A stretch of 64,000 bases of DNA from Rhodothermales bacterium (GTDB lineage Bacteria > Bacteroidota > Rhodothermia > Rhodothermales > Bin80): positions 4,066,151-4,130,150 of the forward strand of contig OZ253559.1 in assembly GCA_965262785.1 (NCBI GenBank), given 5' to 3'. Numbering within the stretch: position 1 is the first letter of the stretch; each line of letters begins with the position of its first letter. The position numbers and the translations under genes were made by a program. The notes beneath the pieces are model-generated. The model was given only the letters and a program-made list of their open reading frames with translations. It was not told where the DNA came from and made no database searches. Positions 58,647 to 64,000 of this stretch are shown here, one piece after another.

Positions 58647-59942
58647 TTAGACTATAAGTGCAACTTGTAAGTCCATAACGTTCGTATGCGTGGGGCCGGT
58701 GCGTAGCGACCCTTCCGCCATCACAAAGAACGGATACGAATTGTTGTTGCGCAAAGACGCATACGGATCCGCGCCGCCAGCCCTTGCCTTCGCAACTGTC
58801 TGGGGCGTAGCCCAGGCTCCCGCCGCACTGGTCATGCCGTCAACGCCGTCAGTTCCCCCGCTTAGCACTAGCGCCTTTCGATCCGATCCTGCAAGGACCA
58901 AGGCGGCCCCAAGGGCCACCTCGTGGTTGCGCCCGCCAACGCCACTTCCAGTCACGGTAACCGTAGTTTCCCCGCCCCAGAGTACGCACGCCTTTCTTGG
59001 CTGAGCAAGAATCTCCGTGGCTAGCGCCTGCCCCACCAGGTACGCCTCGCCCGTCACATCGTGGCGAAGCACTGGAGCGTAGCCCAAGGCCGCGGCCTGG
59101 AGGGCCGCGGCCTCCAGTGCATGCCGATTTGAACCAATAATACCTGCGTGGGCAGCCTCCAGTTCGCTCACGTCCGGTGTCTCGTCCACCGCACCTCGAG
59201 TGCCGGACGTTAGATGCACCCTCACAGACGATGGTGCGGAATCCCATAGCCCGTATCTGCGCAGCACTTCTTGCGCGTCAGTAAAAGTAGACGGATCTGG
59301 TACTGCCGGTCCACTCGCGATAACGGACAGGTCATCGGTAGGCACGTCGGATACCGCAAGCGTCAATGTCGTGGCTGGCCAGGCTTCGGCAGCCAGCCAG
59401 CCACCTTTGATGCGCGACAAGTGTTTTCGCACGGCATTCATCTCTTGAATGTTCGCGCCGGAGCGCAGAAGCGCGCGGTTCACCCGCCTCACGTCCATCA
59501 GGGTCACGTCGGCCACGGGTGCACACCAAAGGGCGGAACCACCTCCCGAAAGCAACACCAGCAGCAGATCGTCTGGACCGCATTGCCGAGCTACAGTAAG
59601 TGCATAGTCAGCAGCCTGCACGCTCGCTGCGTTAGGCACAGGATGTCCGGCCTCAACAAGCTTGATTGACGTCGGACACCGCTGTGGGGCAGGCAAGGTG
59701 TCTTTGTAGCCCTCTGGAATCGCTACCTGCCCGCCGGCAATCAGGCCGGGTAGCTCTGCTTCCAGCGCTCCGGCCATCGCCATGGCCGCCTTACCCGCAC
59801 CCACGACAAATAGCTCCCTGAATTTCTCCAACGGCCTACCTACTGCCTTCTCAAAGTCGTAGCCACTCAGTAGGCGGTCGGCCTGCGCACTTCGCACTGC
59901 GGCCCAGTAGATTGACTGGCTGTCATTGACGAGCTGCCGCAT
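58647..59942 (-). CDS. Glycerate 2-kinase (MOFRL family)
   Basis: GAGKAA, SGGGSAL, KGG.LA, GGETTV, GGRN, GTDG.DG, TGPT.TNVMD. Confidence 0.93.
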   Translation of the reverse strand: MRQLVNDSQSIYWAAVRSAQADRLLSGYDFEKAVGRPLEKFRELFVVGAGKAAMAMAGALEAELPGLIAGGQVAIPEGYKDTLPAPQRCPTSIKLVEAGHPVPNAASVQAADYALTVARQCGPDDLLLVLLSGGGSALWCAPVADVTLMDVRRVNRALLRSGANIQEMNAVRKHLSRIKGGWLAAEAWPATTLTLAVSDVPTDDLSVIASGPAVPDPSTFTDAQEVLRRYGLWDSAPSSVRVHLTSGTRGAVDETPDVSELEAAHAGIIGSNRHALEAAALQAAALGYAPVLRHDVTGEAYLVGQALATEILAQPRKACVLWGGETTVTVTGSGVGGRNHEVALGAALVLAGSDRKALVLSGGTDGVDGMTSAAGAWATPQTVAKARAGGADPYASLRNNNSYPFFVMAEGSLRTGPTHTNVMDLQVALIV

Positions 59943-60010
59943 GAATGCCCCAACGCTGAGTTCACTATAATACGTGCGCTCACCATTAATGACGTTTTAA
60001 GCCAACTTTC

Positions 60011-60787
60011 ATGAATCGGCGTAACTTTCTGGCTGCCTCAGGCGCGGTTGCCGCAGCCCCACTCGCTTCCATTCCACTTCGCTCCGATGAGCGGCAGTAT
60101 CTGGAGGTGATCATTTACCACACGCGCGTCGGTGCACGCCGCGGACGCGTAGCCGACTTCTATCGTGATGTGGCGCTGCCTGCGTACCAGCGCCTCGGAG
60201 TAGGCCCCGTAGGTGTGTTTACGGTCTTGTACGGTCCCAACTCGCCTTCGCTGTATGTACTAATTCCACATAACTCTCTCGAGTCCGCCGTTTCCACTGG
60301 CACACAACTCCGCCAGGACTCGACCTATGTGCAGGATGGAGCAGCGTTTTTTGCGGCTCGACTGTCTGATCCGGCATACATTCGTCAAGAGCGCCAGCTA
60401 ATGCTGGCATTCAAGGGCATGCCAAAGCTGGAAGCACCCACGAACGCGATGGGTGATGGCCGGATCTTCGAGTGGCGTGTCTATGAAAGCCATAGCATCA
60501 AGGCCGGCCAGAAGAAGATTGACATGTTCAATGAGGGAGGAGAAATTTCCATCTTTAGAAAGACCGGCCTTACGCCCGTCTTTTTTGGCGAAACGCTATT
60601 CGGCCCTGCTATGCCAAATCTGACCTACATGCTAGCGTTTGACAGCATGGCTACACGCGATGCGGCTTGGCGACGCTTCATGGAGGATCCGGAATGGCAC
60701 GCGCTGAGGGATGATCCTCAGTATGAGGGCACTGTATCCAACATCTCCGACATCATTCTGCGACCGACGCCGTTCTCACAGATCTGA
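60011..60787 (+). CDS. Tat-exported NIPSNAP-family protein
   Basis: MNRRNFL Tat signal; RIFEWRVYES, PVFFGE, PNLTYML, LRPTPFSQI. Confidence 0.88.
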   Translation: MNRRNFLAASGAVAAAPLASIPLRSDERQYLEVIIYHTRVGARRGRVADFYRDVALPAYQRLGVGPVGVFTVLYGPNSPSLYVLIPHNSLESAVSTGTQLRQDSTYVQDGAAFFAARLSDPAYIRQERQLMLAFKGMPKLEAPTNAMGDGRIFEWRVYESHSIKAGQKKIDMFNEGGEISIFRKTGLTPVFFGETLFGPAMPNLTYMLAFDSMATRDAAWRRFMEDPEWHALRDDPQYEGTVSNISDIILRPTPFSQI

Positions 60788-60809
60788 CACACCATTTGCC
60801 ACCAGCTCT

Positions 60810-62444
60810 ATGCCCTTTCCACGTTTTACCTCCTTACTCCTTGTCGCTTGCGGACTGCTTATTGCAGGACTCTTGCCGCCGGTAGCGGCATTCGCCCAAG
60901 AGCAGCGCCGCGGAGTCCTCGGGGCACCGGACCGCAACGACGGAGAGGGCGAAGGTCCCTTTGAGCGCCTTATCATCCGTGGCGCCACGCTTATTGACGG
61001 TTCAGGCGCACCACCACGAAGCCCTGTTGACATCGTCATCGAAGGCAGCAAAATAGTTCGGATCGCCAGCGTTGGAGCCCCGATGCTGGAGATAAACGAG
61101 GTGCGCCGCCCAGGCGAGGCGACCAATGAGATTGATGCGCACGGCATGTACGTCATGCCTGGCATCATTGACCTGCACGCGCACACGGGCGGCCTGCCCA
61201 AAGTGCCCGAGGCCGAATACGTGTATAAGTTGTGGATGGCACATGGCATTACTACGGTACGTGGCGTGCCCACCGGACCGCTAGACTGGTCCCTCGAAGA
61301 AAAGGAACGAAGCGCGCGCAATGAGATCGTCGCGCCACACATTGTTTCATTCCACCGTCCAGGCAGCGGCTGGGACCGCGCAATTGAGACTCCACTGGAC
61401 GCGCGTGAGTGGGTACGATTCGCTGCGGAAAACGGTGTTGACGGCCTAAAGCTGGGCTCATACCGCCCCGCAATTATGGAAGCACTTCTGGATGAGGCTG
61501 AAAAGTACAGCATGGGCTCGACGGCGCACTTGGGACAGATGGGCGTGGCCGATATGAATGCGCTGGATGCGGCACGCTTGGGTTTGACTGGCATGACGCA
61601 TTTCTATGGACTGTTCGAAGCGATGTACGACTATAGCGACGTGCAGACATGGCCTGTGTCGATGGACTACAACGACGAGCAGTTGCGATTCGCTCAGGTG
61701 GCACATCAGTGGAGCATGATTACGCCCGGAGGCGACAAATGGAACGCGCTGATGGACGAGCTGCTCGGGCTGGATTTCTATATCAACCCTACGATGGGCA
61801 TCTACTCGGCAGGCAGGGATGTGATGCGAGCCCGTAACGCCGATTGGCATGCCGAGTACACGCTCCCCAGCCTTCAGGAGTTCTATGATCCAAGCCGCCG
61901 GGACCATGGCTCGTATTTCTACGACTGGACCACACATGAGGAGGTAACCTGGAAACGGTTTTACCAAGTCTGGATGCGTTTTCTCAACGAATACAAAAAC
62001 CGGGGAGGCAAGGTCACAGTGGGATCTGACAGCGGGTACATCTACCAGCTCTATGGATTCGGCACCATCCTGGAGATGGAGCTGCTGCAGGAAGCAGGGT
62101 TTCATCCATTGGAGGTCATCCGATCCGCGACCATGCACGGCGCACAGGAGATCTTTAAGCCATCTGGTGAGCCGATTGAGTATGGCATGGTGCGAGCGGG
62201 ACTCCGAGCCGACCTGTTGGTGCTGGAAGAGAACCCGCTTCACAACCTGAAGACGCTCTACGGCACCGGCGCCATGAAGCTAAACGACGAGACGGGAAAA
62301 ATTGAACGCGTTGGCGGCGTAAAATTCACTATCAAGAATGGCATAATCTATGATGCTCGCGCCTTGCTGCGTGATGTAGCGGAAATGGTTAAGCAACAGC
62401 GTGAGGAGGTGGCCGTCCAAGATCCCACTGGGGATGACAATTAG
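60810..62444 (+). CDS. Secreted amidohydrolase-family protein
   Basis: PGIIDLHAH, GITTVR, GSDSG, ADLLVL..NPL. Confidence 0.88.
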   Translation: MPFPRFTSLLLVACGLLIAGLLPPVAAFAQEQRRGVLGAPDRNDGEGEGPFERLIIRGATLIDGSGAPPRSPVDIVIEGSKIVRIASVGAPMLEINEVRRPGEATNEIDAHGMYVMPGIIDLHAHTGGLPKVPEAEYVYKLWMAHGITTVRGVPTGPLDWSLEEKERSARNEIVAPHIVSFHRPGSGWDRAIETPLDAREWVRFAAENGVDGLKLGSYRPAIMEALLDEAEKYSMGSTAHLGQMGVADMNALDAARLGLTGMTHFYGLFEAMYDYSDVQTWPVSMDYNDEQLRFAQVAHQWSMITPGGDKWNALMDELLGLDFYINPTMGIYSAGRDVMRARNADWHAEYTLPSLQEFYDPSRRDHGSYFYDWTTHEEVTWKRFYQVWMRFLNEYKNRGGKVTVGSDSGYIYQLYGFGTILEMELLQEAGFHPLEVIRSATMHGAQEIFKPSGEPIEYGMVRAGLRADLLVLEENPLHNLKTLYGTGAMKLNDETGKIERVGGVKFTIKNGIIYDARALLRDVAEMVKQQREEVAVQDPTGDDN

Positions 62445-62821
62445 GAGGGCAAGACCCGGGTGTCCAAGCCGCCGGCACCTGTTGAAAGCGCCGATCTTGG
62501 CGTCACTCACCGGTGGTACGTGCTTGCATCTCGCCGCACCTACCTTCCCGTTCGGCCAACCGCGTCCGTTTTTGAATCCAACGCAGCTGTTGCACGGTGC
62601 GTAGCATACCTGTGGTGCTTCTTTCGGGGGCGGGGCCGACCCTGCAAGTACTTGGGATAGGCTGAAGGCTCTATAACTGGTCTACCCAAAATGGTGGGCA
62701 CTGTCCGCTGCTCAGCGAACCACCTATACGCTTCAGCATTCTCTGGTGCGTCTTGCCCCGGCTTCGCAATTTGGCTCTCTGATGAGCGCTGGACTCTTGA
62801 ATCACGCGCTCGTGGAGCATC

Positions 62822-64000
62822 CTACCGCAAGGTGATGCGTGTACCCAGGTTGAAGGTGCGGGGGAGGCCCAGGAATACCGCTGCGTCGTCCGAAGTTCCC
62901 ATACCCGTGCCGTTGCCAACGTAGGCGTAAAAACGCGAATTGTTGGTAGCGTCTTGAACGTAGAACGTGTTCAACAAGTTGAATACGTGGAGAAAGGCAC
63001 GTATGCCCATACGGCCCAAATCGAAATGGTAGCCTCCCTGCAGATCAATAACGGTATACGGCGGAGCGTTCCACACGCGCCCTCCCGGCGAGCTCTGTCC
63101 AGCAGGATCGAAATCCGCGTAGTGCTGAGCGTAGGAGCGTCCGGTGAGCGTGATGTGCAGGCTCTTGCCTGCAAACGCAGTCAAGGAATACGCCAGTTGC
63201 AGCTGGGGAGCATCACCCACCTTCACGTCTTTGAGGTATAGCGACACTTGCGTCTGGGATCGTGGATCCGATCGGTCTGGCGTGTACGTGCCGAAGACAT
63301 CGTCGGTGTAGCGCCAGTCGCCAAAAGAAAACGCAGCGTCTGCCCTAACGAATTCAAAAGGCTGATAGGCCAATTCCCCCTCCAAGCCCATGTGCTGCGC
63401 ATTGAGGCCGCGAATACTGACCAACTCGTCGTTGCCACTCTGCTCAACCAAGTTGCGGGTTACTGTACGATCGTTCCACTTGGTGTGATAAAGGCCCAGC
63501 TTTACGTTTAGCCTTCTGTCGGCAGACTGGTATGTTCCTCCCGCCTCCAATCCCAAGAACGTCTCATTCTGGGGATCGGGGTTAACGGACCCCGTGATGG
63601 CGTCCACAACGCCGTCAAAGACCGGAGCCTTGGATACTTGGCCCGCACTTGCGAAGACGGATAGACCACCGGTTAGGTTGTAGCTGGCGCCGCCCTTAAC
63701 CTGATAACCGCGAATTGGGTCTGGAGTTACGAGAAAAGGGTGACCGCCGTCATCTGAGAAAAAGTCCTCAAACGTATAGCGGGTGCCGGAGTAGCCAACC
63801 ACGGCGAAGCCGGCCAGGGGTCCTCTCTGGAATTGGCCCTGAGCGAAGCCGCCAAGCCAGTTGACGGTAGTGACGTCGTTGTAATCGAAGCGATCTCCAG
63901 GTGCCAGAAGGCGCCCGGATGCACCCCAATAGTCGCTGTCAAATCGCAAGTAGCCGATTCCGCCGAGAAGGTCTCGTACGGTGCTGAAGTGCTGAATCTC
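62822..64000 (-). CDS. TonB-dependent receptor, C-terminal part
   Basis: Amphipathic beta strands, NLLNTFY, GLPRTFNLG terminal motif. Confidence 0.88.
   Translation of the reverse strand, partial: EIQHFSTVRDLLGGIGYLRFDSDYWGASGRLLAPGDRFDYNDVTTVNWLGGFAQGQFQRGPLAGFAVVGYSGTRYTFEDFFSDDGGHPFLVTPDPIRGYQVKGGASYNLTGGLSVFASAGQVSKAPVFDGVVDAITGSVNPDPQNETFLGLEAGGTYQSADRRLNVKLGLYHTKWNDRTVTRNLVEQSGNDELVSIRGLNAQHMGLEGELAYQPFEFVRADAAFSFGDWRYTDDVFGTYTPDRSDPRSQTQVSLYLKDVKVGDAPQLQLAYSLTAFAGKSLHITLTGRSYAQHYADFDPAGQSSPGGRVWNAPPYTVIDLQGGYHFDLGRMGIRAFLHVFNLLNTFYVQDATNNSRFYAYVGNGTGMGTSDDAAVFLGLPRTFNLGTRITLR

Noticed and set aside
1-64000. Partner copies of the two lox-like sites; tRNA/rRNA genes as an integration site
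   Set aside because: None found by eye; degenerate copies could have been missed without a computational scan

Overview
About the first 51 kb is a heavily rearranged accessory/defence island. The rest (~51.7-64 kb) holds ordinary genes: permease, Cache protein, thiolase, YyaL-like protein, glycerate kinase, NIPSNAP, amidohydrolase and a TonB-dependent receptor. A T9SS C-terminal-domain remnant, a Bacteroidota-type GNAT remnant and Sel1/beta-propeller proteins suggest an FCB-group (Rhodothermota-like), possibly host-associated bacterium; this is inference only. The island has intact and decayed IS elements (IS1634, IS1182/IS5-like, ISL3, IS21, IS1595) and several defence-like cassettes: NYN + YhaO/YhaN, Dam + ParB-like + nuclease, PNP + Hsp90-like ATPase, DUF262 + RelA/SpoT-like, a fused BsuBI/PstI-type RM enzyme, a KAP NTPase and a Doc-like TA pair. 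Most interesting: (1) a six-gene Ser/Thr phospho-signalling cluster built around a MotA/ExbB-like channel and an ExbD/MotB-like-helix vWA protein, with a receptor kinase carrying 17 mosaic Sel1 repeats; (2) a repeated small mobile module (Cre-like recombinase - structured spacer - Sel1 - GIY-YIG/Zn-finger nuclease); (3) a distinct lox-like palindrome at the start codon of each of the two intact Cre-like recombinases; (4) an ORF-less group II intron inserted precisely, antisense, in a gene; (5) structured leaders upstream of putative toxic effectors. No CRISPR array, tRNA, rRNA or reverse transcriptase was seen. All calls come from reading motifs by eye; no database search was run.
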